From the NCBI GenBank assembly GCA_963750805.1, contig CAVVSV010000015.1, positions 7,468 to 71,467 on the forward strand: 64,000 nucleotides of DNA. The letters run 5' to 3'. The stretch is from an uncultured beta proteobacterium. GTDB lineage: Bacteria > Pseudomonadota > Gammaproteobacteria > Burkholderiales > Burkholderiaceae_C. The position numbers and the translations under genes were made by a program. The notes under the pieces were generated by a model. It had not been told where the DNA came from. It made no database searches and was given only the letters and a program-made list of their open reading frames with translations. This document shows, piece after piece, positions 1 to 9,740 of the stretch. Position 1 is the first letter of the stretch. Each line of letters opens with the position of its first letter.

Positions 1-6
1 GCTTGT

Positions 7-28
7 ATTGTTCATTATTTCGAACAAT
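7..28. promoter_or_regulatory. perfect palindrome ATTGTTC-N8-GAACAAT upstream of mmsA (candidate operator)
   Basis: ATTGTTC at 7-13 and its exact reverse complement GAACAAT at 22-28, in an AT-rich leader about 95 nt upstream of the mmsA ATG. The cognate regulator would lie outside the window. Confidence 0.35.
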
Positions 29-121
29 CATTTCATTGGTATGGCCTTGTTGGGGCGGGAGCGTGTGCCTACACTCTGGGTTTACGCTACACCACCACCC
101 GCACTACAACCAAGAGACACC

Positions 122-1639
122 ATGACCACAGACAACACAGAAATTGCCCAATACATTCAGGGTGCGCGCGCCGTTGGCAGCAGCATCCGCACCCAGGCCG
201 TCTACAACCCCGCCACCGGCGCGGTGACCCGCCAGGTCCGCCTGGGCAATGCCCAGGATGTGGCGGCTGCGGTGGCCTCTGCGCAAGCAGCCTTTCCCGC
301 TTGGGCTGACACCCCGCCGATTCGCCGTGCCCGCGTGCTGTTCAAATTTTTGGAGCTGCTGAACCTGCACAAGGACGACCTGGCCCACATCATCACGTCC
401 GAGCATGGCAAAGTGTTCACCGATGCGCAGGGCGAGGTCTCGCGCGGCATAGATATCGTCGAGTTTTCCTGCGGCATTCCCCAGTTGCTCAAGGGCGACT
501 TCACCGATCAGGTGTCTACCGGCATCGACAACTGGACACTGCGCCAGCCCCTGGGCGTGGTGGCTGGCATCACACCGTTCAACTTCCCCGTGATGGTGCC
601 CATGTGGATGTTCCCGGTGGCGATTGCGGCGGGTAATACCTTTGTGCTCAAGCCCAGCCCGATTGACCCCAGTGCCAGCCTGTTCATTGCCGATTTGCTC
701 AAGCAGGCCGGTTTGCCGGATGGCGTGTTCAACGTGGTTCAGGGCGACAAGGAAGCGGTAGACGCGTTGCTAGTTCACCCGGATGTGAAAGCCGTGAGTT
801 TTGTGGGCTCCACACCCATTGCCAATTACATCTATGAAACCGGCGCGCACCACGGCAAACGCGTGCAGGCCCTGGGCGGCGCGAAAAACCACATGGTGGT
901 GATGCCCGATGCCGACATTGACCAGACCGTGGACGCACTGATTGGCGCCGGTTTCGGCTCAGCCGGTGAGCGCTGCATGGCGATCAGCGTGGCGGTGCTG
1001 GTGGGCGATGTGGCCGACAAGGTCATCCCCAAGCTGTTGGCGCGCACCAAGACGCTCAAGGTGCTCAATGGCACCAACCTGGCGGCCGAAATGGGCCCCA
1101 TCGTGACACCGGCGGCCCACGCCCGCATCACGGGTTACATCGAGCTGGGCGTGAAGGAAGGCGCGCAATTGCTGGCCGATGGCCGCGTGTTTGACGCCAC
1201 GACGGCGGGTGAAGGGTGTGGCCAGGGCTTCTGGATGGGCGGCACGTTGTTCGACCATGTCACGCCGGACATGCGCATTTACAAGGAAGAAATTTTTGGT
1301 CCGGTGCTGAGCTGCGTGCGCGTGCCTGACTTTGCGACGGCCGTGCAACTCATCAACGACCACGAATTCGGCAACGGTGTGAGCTGCTTCACCCGCGACG
1401 GCAATGTGGCCCGAGAGTTCAGCCGGCGCATCCAGGTGGGTATGGTCGGCATCAACGTGCCGATTCCCGTGCCCATGGCCTGGCACGGTTTTGGTGGCTG
1501 GAAGAAAAGCCTGTTTGGCGACATGCATGCCTACGGCGAAGAAGGCGTGCGCTTCTACACCAAGCAAAAATCCATCATGCAACGCTGGCCCGAGAGCATC
1601 GGCAAGGGCGCTGAGTTTGTGATGCCTACCGCCAAATAG
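122..1639 (+). CDS. mmsA: CoA-acylating methylmalonate-semialdehyde dehydrogenase (aldehyde dehydrogenase family)
   Basis: ORF 8..1639 has the aldehyde-dehydrogenase fold (FVLKPS, catalytic Cys in GERCMA, EEIFGPV). The ATG at 122 (MTTDNTE) is preferred over the upstream start, which lies in the AT-rich leader. Confidence 0.9.
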   Translation: MTTDNTEIAQYIQGARAVGSSIRTQAVYNPATGAVTRQVRLGNAQDVAAAVASAQAAFPAWADTPPIRRARVLFKFLELLNLHKDDLAHIITSEHGKVFTDAQGEVSRGIDIVEFSCGIPQLLKGDFTDQVSTGIDNWTLRQPLGVVAGITPFNFPVMVPMWMFPVAIAAGNTFVLKPSPIDPSASLFIADLLKQAGLPDGVFNVVQGDKEAVDALLVHPDVKAVSFVGSTPIANYIYETGAHHGKRVQALGGAKNHMVVMPDADIDQTVDALIGAGFGSAGERCMAISVAVLVGDVADKVIPKLLARTKTLKVLNGTNLAAEMGPIVTPAAHARITGYIELGVKEGAQLLADGRVFDATTAGEGCGQGFWMGGTLFDHVTPDMRIYKEEIFGPVLSCVRVPDFATAVQLINDHEFGNGVSCFTRDGNVAREFSRRIQVGMVGINVPIPVPMAWHGFGGWKKSLFGDMHAYGEEGVRFYTKQKSIMQRWPESIGKGAEFVMPTAK

Positions 1640-1787
1640 GGCACACCCCCCGGCTTCGCGCACTGCGTGTCGCTGCGCTTTCCCCCTTGCAGGGGGCGAT
1701 ACCAGTGGCCCGGCGGAGCCGGTTCCACGGTATCTCTGGAAGAATTCCCGCCCTTTCAACAGACGGGCGGCATCATCGGTTTGCTCT

Positions 1788-2705
1788 TCAGCTCAGGATC
1801 ACACTGCTCAAGCGTCTGCGGTAGGTGGCCACTGTGGGGTCGGCGGGGGGGATTTGGCCATCGGCTACCTTCACGGCAGGCGGTTCGATGATGTCCAGGA
1901 TGGCGATGAAGGTCTTGCGGGCCTGGTCGCTGTTCCAGGTTTTGTCGCGCATCAGAATTTCCAGCAACTCGTCCATGGCGGCGGTCCATTGCTGGGCAGC
2001 CATCAGCACCTGGGCTTTGCCGAAGCGGGCCTCAAAATCACGCTTGTTGGTGGCAATCTTGGCGTCAAAACTGCCGACTGTCCCCGTCAGGTCTTCATTG
2101 TTAGCTACTGAATCGATAGCGTCCATCCATCGCTGCAGGGAATCGAACTTGCGCACCAAACCTGTTTTGGCAATCACCGGGGCAAAGTTCACTTTGGCCT
2201 GGTCGACATCGGCGTCACGGCCGGTCAGCAGCAAAAACTTGATGTAGTCGAAACGCGCTGTTTCGTCGTCCGGGTTTTTCAGAACGGCCTGATGCAGGGC
2301 TTCGCGCATGGCGTCGGGGTCATCCGCGGAGGGAGCGTCTGAGAGTTCAACACCCGTCACCTCGGCTTCCAGCACATCGCCCTCAGGCACGTGTTTGTCC
2401 AGAAACGCCTTGATTTGCCCTTCCGGCAAGGCCCCGGTGAAGCCGTCCACCGGCTTGCCGCCCATCATCAGGACACAGGTGGGGATGCTGCGGATGCCAA
2501 AGGCCTGGCTCAACTCCTGCTCCTGGTCCGAATCAATCTTGACCAGTTTGAAGCGCCCGGCATATTCGGTCTCAATGCGCTCCAGCAGGGGACCAATCAC
2601 CTTGCACGGGCCACACCAGGGCGCCCAGAAGTCGACCAGCACGGGCATCTGCATCGACGCGGCAACCACCTCGTCATCAAAATTTTCAACGGTAACGTTC
2701 ATCAT
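1788..2705 (-). CDS. thioredoxin-domain co-chaperone, YbbN/CnoX-like (Trx fold plus C-terminal TPR-like domain)
   Basis: N-terminal thioredoxin fold with a WCGPC active site, followed by a roughly 190-aa helical repeat domain. Confidence 0.85.
   Translation of the reverse strand: MMNVTVENFDDEVVAASMQMPVLVDFWAPWCGPCKVIGPLLERIETEYAGRFKLVKIDSDQEQELSQAFGIRSIPTCVLMMGGKPVDGFTGALPEGQIKAFLDKHVPEGDVLEAEVTGVELSDAPSADDPDAMREALHQAVLKNPDDETARFDYIKFLLLTGRDADVDQAKVNFAPVIAKTGLVRKFDSLQRWMDAIDSVANNEDLTGTVGSFDAKIATNKRDFEARFGKAQVLMAAQQWTAAMDELLEILMRDKTWNSDQARKTFIAILDIIEPPAVKVADGQIPPADPTVATYRRRLSSVILS
2079..2120 (-). repeat. dispersed tripartite 42-nt motif, copy 1 (in ybbN-like gene, sense)
   Basis: GCTAT CGATTCAG TAGC TAACAATGAAGACCTGAC GGGGACA. 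Confidence 0.6.
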
Positions 2706-2756
2706 GTGGGGAATCTCAAGTAAGCAGGTCGGGGTGAAAAAGTAAAATTAAAGCCT

Positions 2757-3251
2757 ATGAAAACTATTCAAATCGGCGTCGTCATGGGTTCCCGGTCCGA
2801 CTGGGACACCATGCAGCATGCAGTGCAGATTCTCCAACACTTCGGAATTCATCACGAAGCCCGGGTGGTCTCGGCCCACCGCATGCCGGACGACATGTTC
2901 GCTTACGCGGAATCCGCTGCGGGCCGCGGCCTCAAAGCCATCATCGCGGGTGCGGGGGGCGCAGCCCATTTGCCGGGCATGCTGGCCGCCAAAACCACGG
3001 TGCCCGTGCTGGGTGTGCCGGTTGCCACCAAACACCTGCATGGCGTGGATTCCCTGCACAGTATTGTTCAAATGCCCAAGGGTATTCCCGTCGCCACGTT
3101 TGCCATTGGCGATGCAGGTGCTGCCAATGCTGCGCTGTTTGCCGTGGCTATGCTGGCCAATGAAGATGCCGAGCTGCGCACACGGCTGGAGGCTTTCCGC
3201 GCTGCGCAAACGCAAACCGCCCGCGACATGACGGTGCCGCCTGCGCTATGA
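2757..3251 (+). CDS. purE: N5-carboxyaminoimidazole ribonucleotide mutase
   Basis: 164 aa with VVMGSRSDW and GAGGAAHLPGM signatures. It sits immediately upstream of purK. Confidence 0.95.
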   Translation: MKTIQIGVVMGSRSDWDTMQHAVQILQHFGIHHEARVVSAHRMPDDMFAYAESAAGRGLKAIIAGAGGAAHLPGMLAAKTTVPVLGVPVATKHLHGVDSLHSIVQMPKGIPVATFAIGDAGAANAALFAVAMLANEDAELRTRLEAFRAAQTQTARDMTVPPAL

Positions 3252-4528
3252 AGACGTTGACGAAAGCAGTGCGCAAGCCAAAGGCCCTGCCCCCGATCCT
3301 TCCGGGCCTGGCTGGCAACGGCCAGCCGGTGACGCTGGGCGTGATGGGCGGCGGTCAGCTGGGCCGCATGTTCGTTCACGCCGCGCAGGCCATGGGCTAT
3401 GGCACGGCGGTGCTGGACCCGGACGCCGGCAGCCCGGCGGGGCTGGTCAGCCACCATCATGTTCAAACGCCTTACCTGGACCCTCAAGGTCTCGACGCGC
3501 TGGCAGACGTCAGCGCTGCCATCACCACCGAATTCGAGAACGTGCCTGCCGCCGCCCTGCTGGCGCTGGCGGAAAAACGTCCGGTGGCTCCTGCTGCGGC
3601 GGCGGTCAGCATCGCGCAGGACCGCGCCGCCGAGAAAGCGCATTTCGTACGCTGTGGTGTGCCCTGCGCACCCTACGCAGTGATTGAAACCTTGGCGCAA
3701 TTGCAAGCCGTCCCTTCGGATTTGTTGCCCGGCATCCTTAAAACCTCGCGCATGGGCTACGACGGCAAAGGTCAGATTCGCGTCAATAGCCGCGCTGCCT
3801 TGGCGGCTGGGTGGGCAGAACTCAAGGGCGTGCCCTGTGTGCTGGAGAAGATGCTGGCGCTGCAATCGGAGTGCTCGGTCATCGTGGCGCGCGGCCAGGA
3901 CGGACAGTGCGTCAATTTGCCGGTGCAGCTCAACACCCACCGCGAAGGAATTCTCGCCTTCACCGAGGTTTACAAAGGAAATGTGCCACTAGTCCTTGCT
4001 AAACGGGCGATTGTTGCTGCACTTTCGATAGCAAATGAATTGCAGTATGTGGGTGTGTTGTGCGTCGAATTCTTCGTCCTGCAAGACGGTTCCAAAGACC
4101 AGAAGGCCATCGGCAGCCTTGTGGTGAACGAGATCGCTCCCCGTCCGCACAACAGCGGCCACTACAGCCAGAATGCCTGTGACGTGTCCCAGTTTGAGCT
4201 GCAGGTGCGCACCCTGGCGGGCCTGCCGCTCACGCAGCCGCGCCAGCACAGCCCGGCCATCATGCTTAACCTGCTGGGCGACATCTGGCCAGCGGGCGGC
4301 GCGCAGAGCCCGCTGTGGAACAAGGTGCTGGCGCTGCCCGGCACCCATCTGCACCTGTATGGCAAAAGCAAAGCCAGCAAGGGCCGCAAGATGGGGCATC
4401 TGAACATTACGGGCACCACTTTGGCCGATGTGCGGGCTACGGCAGCCCGAGCGGCCAAAATTTTGGGCATCAAGGCGTTTTCGCAGTTGGCGGTCGCTGT
4501 TCCCTCACCGGTCAAGGCCGCTCGGTGA
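3248..4528 (+). CDS. purK: N5-carboxyaminoimidazole ribonucleotide synthase (ATP-grasp)
   Basis: GVMGGGQLGRM N-terminus and an ATP-grasp body. The ATG overlaps the purE stop (ATGA). Confidence 0.9.
   Translation: MKTLTKAVRKPKALPPILPGLAGNGQPVTLGVMGGGQLGRMFVHAAQAMGYGTAVLDPDAGSPAGLVSHHHVQTPYLDPQGLDALADVSAAITTEFENVPAAALLALAEKRPVAPAAAAVSIAQDRAAEKAHFVRCGVPCAPYAVIETLAQLQAVPSDLLPGILKTSRMGYDGKGQIRVNSRAALAAGWAELKGVPCVLEKMLALQSECSVIVARGQDGQCVNLPVQLNTHREGILAFTEVYKGNVPLVLAKRAIVAALSIANELQYVGVLCVEFFVLQDGSKDQKAIGSLVVNEIAPRPHNSGHYSQNACDVSQFELQVRTLAGLPLTQPRQHSPAIMLNLLGDIWPAGGAQSPLWNKVLALPGTHLHLYGKSKASKGRKMGHLNITGTTLADVRATAARAAKILGIKAFSQLAVAVPSPVKAAR
4016..4057 (+). repeat. dispersed tripartite motif, copy 2 (purK, sense; weak 3' block)
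   Basis: GCTGC ACTTTCGA TAGC AAATGAATTGCAGTATGT GGGTGTG. Confidence 0.35.
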
Positions 4529-5574
4529 TCCTGCCTGGCAACGCGCCTGCATCCATCGCGGAAGCGGCCCGCGCCGTCAGGCGGGGCGACCTGGTGGGTT
4601 TGCCCACCGAAACGGTGTACGGGCTGGCCGCTGATGCCGACAACCCTGCGGCCGTTGCCAAAATCTTCGCTGCCAAAGGACGCCCCAGCGATCACCCGCT
4701 GATTGTTCATGTGGCCGATGCCAGTGGCGTGGCTTGCTTCGCGAGCGAGGTGCCCGATTTTGCCCAAGCCCTGATGGCCGCGTTTTGGCCCGGCCCGCTG
4801 ACGCTGATCCTGCCGCGTAAAGTCGGTGTGGCCGCCACTTCGGCGGGGGGGCAGAATTCGATTGGGCTTCGCTGCCCGTCGCACCCGGTGGCGCAGGCGC
4901 TGCTGAAGGCCTTGATAGCGAATGGCGCCGACAAACTACAGCCCGTTTGGGGCCTGGCCGCCCCCAGCGCCAACCAGTTTGGCCGTGTCAGCCCGACCAC
5001 GGCCGCGCACGTGGCGGGTGAATTTGGCGAAGAGTTGCTGATTCTGGACGGCGGCGCATGTGAAGTGGGCATCGAATCCACCATCATCGATTGCACCCGT
5101 GGCGTGCCGGTGTTGTTGCGTCCTGGCGGCATCAGCCGCGCGCAGATTGAAGCGGTGTGCAAGCAGTCAGTGCTATCCAATGAAGAGCTGACAAGTGATA
5201 TCCCACAAGGACCCCGGGCCTCCGGAACACTTGAATCCCACTACGCACCCAACGCCAAGGTGCGCCTGATGGATGCCAAGGCGCTGCAGGCAGCGCTCGA
5301 TTTGCTGGGCAACGACATGGATGTCAAGGCTGACAAGGCTTTAGCGTCACAGCCTGTTATTGCGATCTATTCCCGCGTCATCTTGCGCACGCCCTCAAGC
5401 CGTGTTTTGCGCCGACGCATGCCCGATGACGCCACAGCCACCGCGCAGCAACTGTTTGCCGTGTTACGGGATTTTGATGCGCTAGGCGTCAAGCTGATCT
5501 GGGTGGAGACACCCCAGGACGACCCCGAGTGGGATGGCGTGCGGGACCGGCTGACGCGGGCATCCGCCGCCTGA
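4525..5574 (+). CDS. tsaC: L-threonylcarbamoyladenylate synthase, long Sua5/YwlC-type
   Basis: YrdC fold motifs (LPTETVYGLAADA, KGRPSDHPLIVH) plus a C-terminal Sua5 domain. The GTG at 4525 overlaps the purK stop (GTGA). The ORF is open from 4315, so the start is uncertain. Confidence 0.8.
   Translation: MILPGNAPASIAEAARAVRRGDLVGLPTETVYGLAADADNPAAVAKIFAAKGRPSDHPLIVHVADASGVACFASEVPDFAQALMAAFWPGPLTLILPRKVGVAATSAGGQNSIGLRCPSHPVAQALLKALIANGADKLQPVWGLAAPSANQFGRVSPTTAAHVAGEFGEELLILDGGACEVGIESTIIDCTRGVPVLLRPGGISRAQIEAVCKQSVLSNEELTSDIPQGPRASGTLESHYAPNAKVRLMDAKALQAALDLLGNDMDVKADKALASQPVIAIYSRVILRTPSSRVLRRRMPDDATATAQQLFAVLRDFDALGVKLIWVETPQDDPEWDGVRDRLTRASAA
5172..5213 (+). repeat. dispersed tripartite motif, copy 3 (tsaC, sense; degenerate)
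   Basis: GCTAT CCAATGAA GAGC TGACAAGTGATATCCCAC AAGGACC. Confidence 0.4.
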
Positions 5575-5581
5575 GAGGGGC

Positions 5582-5869
5582 TCAACCGCCTGTGTTGCGA
5601 GCTGATGCGGTCGGCCCGCGATAGCGCAGTTTCATCCCCAAAATCGCCAGGGCCAGCGCCAGGGTGATGCCATTGGCGATCACGATGGGCCAGGCACTGA
5701 GTTGCAGGCCGTAAATGAACCAGAGCGCGACACCCATGGTGAAGGCGGCGTACATGCCCAGCGAGATTCCGCTCACGTCACGCGTCTTGAAGGTTTGCCA
5801 GACTTGTGGCAAAAAACTGGCGGTGGTGATGGTGGCCGCGATGTAGCCCAGCAGGTCGTTCGAGATCAT
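5582..5869 (-). CDS. SemiSWEET / PQ-loop family small transporter
   Basis: 95 aa with three predicted TM helices and a PQ motif (FLPQVWQTFKTRD). Confidence 0.7.
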   Translation of the reverse strand: MISNDLLGYIAATITTASFLPQVWQTFKTRDVSGISLGMYAAFTMGVALWFIYGLQLSAWPIVIANGITLALALAILGMKLRYRGPTASARNTGG

Positions 5870-5916
5870 GGGAGCATTGTCCCAGACCTTGACGATTCGT
5901 GTTGCAGTGCACCAAA

Positions 5917-7362
5917 TTAATTGTCTTTCATCGTCCAGTCCAGCAAGGCGTCAATCGCCGGCCGCGCCGCGCCGGCGTTGGCGTGGTTGATGATCATCAC
6001 CATCACATATTGGTGGCCATTGGGCGCGTGCACGTACCCGGCCATGGCCACCACGTCGCGCAAAGTGCCGGTCTTCATGTGGGCGCTGCCCTGTGCTTTG
6101 GAGCGGTTGCGGCGCAGCGTGCCGTCCACCCCGATGATGGGAAGCGAGGACATCAGCTCGGGGCTGAGGGGTGAGGCAAAGGCTGTTTGCAACAGTCGCG
6201 CCAGACCCTGCGCCGTGATGCGCTCGGTGCGCGACAGGCCAGAGCCGTTGTCCAGCAGGGGCACATCGTCCACACTGACGGTGTTTTTCCACCAGCGCTG
6301 CACCACCTCCCTTGACCCCGCCAGCGTACCGGCACCGCCTGCGCCCCCCGCCTTGGATTGAAGGCTCAGGGACAGGAACAACTGCTGCGCCATCACGTTG
6401 TTGCTGAACTTGTTGATGTCGCGAATCACCTCGGTCAAAGTCGGCGAGTTGACCTCAAACGCGGGCTTCAGGGATGCAGGTACACGGCCCTCACGCACCG
6501 CACCTGCCAGCTTGCCTCCCATGTCGCGCCACAGGCCTTCCACTGCGCGAACTGCATAGGTTTTGGGGTCGCCATAGGCCACAGACCAGACCTTTTCGCC
6601 GCAACTCGCGGGGTAAGTGCCGTTGAAGCGGATGGCACCCAGATCCGAAAAATCGCCTTTCAGCGTGGCCTGGTAGTCGCCACACTCTCCGGCCGACAAG
6701 GGCACGCTGGCCTGCATCACCACACCAGCCAGGGGCGGCTCAAATTGCACCTGGGCGGTCGTGGCCGTGCGGTCTGGCACAAAGGTCATCACGACTGACT
6801 TGAAATTGATCAGGAGGGCATCGGGCGTAGCGTTGTAGGGGCGCAGACCTTCGCCATCAAAGCTGGCCGGGTCCACCTCCACCGTCTCAAAAGCACTGCG
6901 GTCCAGCACGATGTCTCCCGCAATCGACTTCACGCCCAGCCCCTGCAAGCGACGTAGCAGCAGCCACAGCCGCTCAGCCACCAGTTTGGCGTCGCCTTGG
7001 CCCTTGATGTACAGGTTGCCAAACAGCGTGCCATCGCGTACAGCGCCTTCCACATACACCGGCGTGGACCAGCTGAAAGCCGGACCCAGCAAGTCCAAAG
7101 CGGCGTAAGTGGTCACCAGCTTCATGACGGACGCAGGGTTGACCGGCATGTTGGCGCGGTAGCTCAGGCGGGCCGGCGTCTTGCCCTGGGCATCAATGAC
7201 CATTGCCGTGACGGCCTCGCGCGGCACTTTGGCGCGCGCCAGTGCGGCGTCGACTTCAGGGGGCAGGCTCTGGGCGTGGACCGCGCCGAACAAAGTGGTG
7301 GCCAGCGCCAGAAGGCAAAGTTTGCGGGCCAAGGCGGCAAAAAAATTGTTGGTCAACGGCAT
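5917..7362 (-). CDS. dacB: D-alanyl-D-alanine carboxypeptidase/endopeptidase (PBP4 family)
   Basis: Signal peptide plus SxxK (SVMKL), SNN (FSNNVMA) and KTG (HMKTGT) motifs. The start is either 7362 or 7389. Confidence 0.85.
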   Translation of the reverse strand: MPLTNNFFAALARKLCLLALATTLFGAVHAQSLPPEVDAALARAKVPREAVTAMVIDAQGKTPARLSYRANMPVNPASVMKLVTTYAALDLLGPAFSWSTPVYVEGAVRDGTLFGNLYIKGQGDAKLVAERLWLLLRRLQGLGVKSIAGDIVLDRSAFETVEVDPASFDGEGLRPYNATPDALLINFKSVVMTFVPDRTATTAQVQFEPPLAGVVMQASVPLSAGECGDYQATLKGDFSDLGAIRFNGTYPASCGEKVWSVAYGDPKTYAVRAVEGLWRDMGGKLAGAVREGRVPASLKPAFEVNSPTLTEVIRDINKFSNNVMAQQLFLSLSLQSKAGGAGGAGTLAGSREVVQRWWKNTVSVDDVPLLDNGSGLSRTERITAQGLARLLQTAFASPLSPELMSSLPIIGVDGTLRRNRSKAQGSAHMKTGTLRDVVAMAGYVHAPNGHQYVMVMIINHANAGAARPAIDALLDWTMKDN

Positions 7363-7422
7363 GGTGGCCAGTCTACCGCCCTGCGCCAAGCGTGGGCCCG
7401 TCGTGCCGTCGATAATCGCACC

Positions 7423-8466
7423 ATGCGTTTCTTCAAAGCCCTGTCGCCCAGAGCGGTAGGCATCTCTGCCGCCATCGTCACCGTCATCATCTGGACGGGC
7501 TTCATCATCATCGCCCGCGCCTCGGCCGACCCTTCACGCGGTGCGACCCTCACCCCGTTTGACATCGCGTTGGCCCGGATTCTCGGCGCCGGGGCGATCC
7601 TGTTGCCTTGGGGCTGGTGGCTGGTGCGGCGCGACCGGGCACGGGCACGGGCGCTGGACACCAAGCAGAACGCTTTGCCGCTCACACGCGTAGAGTCTCG
7701 GGAATCATCCCTGCTGGGCCTGTCTCCCCTGTCGCTCAAAGTCACGGCAACAGTCGGGCTGTTTGGTGGCCTCCTCTACGCCCTGCTCGCCTACAGTGGT
7801 TTTGTGTTCGCCCCGGCGGCCCACGCCTCGGTGCTGATGCCGGGCAGTCTGCCCTTGTGGACGGCCTTGCTGGCGGTGCTGTTCCTGAAGGAGCACCTCA
7901 CTCCGGCAAGACTTGCGGGGCTGGCCTTCATCGTCGCCGGTGACCTGATGGTGGGCGGCGCCAGCCTGCTGCGCGCGTTTGATGGCGGTACCGTTTGGAA
8001 AGGCGATGTGCTCTTCATGACGGCGGCACTGTGCTGGTCGGCGTATGGCGTGCTGGCCCGGCGCAATTCGCTGGATGCCGTGCGCGCCACCATCGCCATC
8101 ACGGCGTTTGCCTTCGTCATTTACGTGCCGGCGTATCTGCTGTTGATTGCCGTGAACGGCGTCACCAGCCATTTTTTCACCGCGCCGCTGCACGATGTGT
8201 TGTTCCAGGCGCTGTTTCAGGGTGTCGGCTCAGTGGTGATCTCGGGCATCACCTTCACCAAGATGATTCAGTACTTTGGCCCGGTGCGCACCACCATGTT
8301 CACCGCTATCGTGCCGGGCTCGTCGGCGCTAGGGGCCGCTTACTTTTTGGGCGAGCCGTTGTCGTGGAATTTATGGGCCGGACTGGGGCTGGTGACCTGC
8401 GGGATTTTGTTCGGGGTGCAGGCGGTGAAGCCCTTGGTGCCTAAAAAAGTAGCGCTCACGGCATGA
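7423..8466 (+). CDS. EamA/DMT-family transporter
   Basis: Multi-pass membrane protein with duplicated EamA-type halves. The ATG at 7423 (MRFFKALSP) was chosen because the longer 5' part of the ORF is antisense to dacB. Confidence 0.75.
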   Translation: MRFFKALSPRAVGISAAIVTVIIWTGFIIIARASADPSRGATLTPFDIALARILGAGAILLPWGWWLVRRDRARARALDTKQNALPLTRVESRESSLLGLSPLSLKVTATVGLFGGLLYALLAYSGFVFAPAAHASVLMPGSLPLWTALLAVLFLKEHLTPARLAGLAFIVAGDLMVGGASLLRAFDGGTVWKGDVLFMTAALCWSAYGVLARRNSLDAVRATIAITAFAFVIYVPAYLLLIAVNGVTSHFFTAPLHDVLFQALFQGVGSVVISGITFTKMIQYFGPVRTTMFTAIVPGSSALGAAYFLGEPLSWNLWAGLGLVTCGILFGVQAVKPLVPKKVALTA

Positions 8467-9215
8467 ACCTGCTTGCCTTTGACACCAGCACGGATACCCT
8501 GTCCATCGCCGTTCAACGTGGCGAGGGGGAATCGGCGCAAATTTGGCATCACGCTGGCCCGGGTGGCGCGCAAGCCTCCACCGCACTGATTCCGGCCATT
8601 CAGCAACTGATGGGCGAGGCCAGTTTGCAGCTTGACCAACTCGACGCCATCGCTTTCGGTCGGGGGCCGGGCTCTTTCACCGGGCTGCGCACGGCGTGTT
8701 CGGTGGCACAGGGTCTGGCGTTTGGGGCAGGCGTGCCGGTGCTGCCGGTGGACACCTTGATGGCCGTGGCGGAAGAGGCACGCTTTTTGGCGCTTGAATC
8801 AGGCCTTTTGGAGGCGACGTCGCACTTTGATGTGTTGGCCCTGCTGGATGCCCGCATGGATGAGGTGTACGCGGCGCACTACCAATTTAAGAGCAAACTA
8901 TTTACTATTGACGGGGACTATCGGCTCATTCGGCCTGAAGATGTGGCGTTGTGGCCGCTGCTGGTGGCGGGTCGCAACGGTGCTGTGGTCGTGGCGGGCA
9001 ACGCGCTGTCGGTCTATGGCGAGCGCCTTGCCATTGGCGAATTGCCCTACATCCCTGCCTTTCCCACGGCCAGTGCCTTGTTGCGCCTGACGCCTGCTTT
9101 GCTGGCTGCGGGGCAGGCGGTCCCTGCGGAGCAAGCCTTGCCGACCTATATTCGCGATAAAGTGGCGCGAACCACGCAGGAGCGACTGGCCGACAAGGCG
9201 GCCGCGCTGACGTGA
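8463..9215 (+). CDS. tsaB: tRNA t6A biosynthesis protein TsaB (YeaZ)
   Basis: MNLLAFDTSTD N-terminus and GPGSFTGLR motif, followed by rimI. Confidence 0.9.
   Translation: MNLLAFDTSTDTLSIAVQRGEGESAQIWHHAGPGGAQASTALIPAIQQLMGEASLQLDQLDAIAFGRGPGSFTGLRTACSVAQGLAFGAGVPVLPVDTLMAVAEEARFLALESGLLEATSHFDVLALLDARMDEVYAAHYQFKSKLFTIDGDYRLIRPEDVALWPLLVAGRNGAVVVAGNALSVYGERLAIGELPYIPAFPTASALLRLTPALLAAGQAVPAEQALPTYIRDKVARTTQERLADKAAALT
8878..8919 (+). repeat. dispersed tripartite motif, copy 4 (tsaB, sense)
   Basis: ACTAC CAATTTAA GAGC AAACTATTTACTATTGAC GGGGACT. Confidence 0.6.
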
Positions 9216-9250
9216 ACCCAATCTGACTTCTTCCCATCCCGCGTGAATGC

Positions 9251-9718
9251 ATGAGTGCCGTCCTTAAATCCGTCGACGCCCGGTTCGAGCCCTTCCAACC
9301 CGATCTGTTGGACACCGTGGTTCAAGTGGAACAGCGCGCCTACGCGCACCCTTGGTCGCGCGCCAATTTCACGGATGCCCTTCGATCGGGTTACCAGGCC
9401 CAGTTGCTGATGGCCGATGATGTGTTGCTGGGCTATTTTGTGGCCATGAAAGGCGTCGACGAGGTGCACTTGCTCAACATCACCGTGGCACCGGAACACC
9501 AACGCCAGGGCTGGGCGATGGTGATGCTGGACGCATTGGCCATCTGGGCGCGCGGGCAGTCGGCCCAGTGGTTGTGGCTGGAAGTGCGGGTGGGCAATGA
9601 GCGGGCCATGCACGTTTACCAAAGCCATGGTTATCGCCGCGTGGGTGTGCGCAAGGCCTACTACCCCAGCGGCCATGGACAGCGGGAAGACGCGGTCGTC
9701 ATGAGCTTGAAACTGTGA
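9251..9718 (+). CDS. rimI: ribosomal-protein-alanine N-acetyltransferase (GNAT)
   Basis: 155-aa GNAT (HLLNITVAPEHQRQGW) in the conserved tsaB-rimI arrangement. Confidence 0.85.
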   Translation: MSAVLKSVDARFEPFQPDLLDTVVQVEQRAYAHPWSRANFTDALRSGYQAQLLMADDVLLGYFVAMKGVDEVHLLNITVAPEHQRQGWAMVMLDALAIWARGQSAQWLWLEVRVGNERAMHVYQSHGYRRVGVRKAYYPSGHGQREDAVVMSLKL

Positions 9719-9740
9719 CACAAACGCTGGCGAACAAGCC

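Noticed and set aside
1682-1696. Short hairpin CCCCCT-TGC-AGGGGG between the convergent mmsA and ybbN-like genes.
   Set aside because: The stem is only 6 bp, the loop is 3 nt, and there is no U-tract on either strand. That is insufficient to call a terminator or a REP element.
959-5180. Antisense or out-of-frame ORFs overlapping mmsA, purE/K and tsaC, for example 959..1759, 3068..3940, 4162..4884 and 2748..3215.
   Set aside because: Each overlaps a gene with clear family motifs on the other strand or frame. Their composition is typical of GC-rich frame artefacts.
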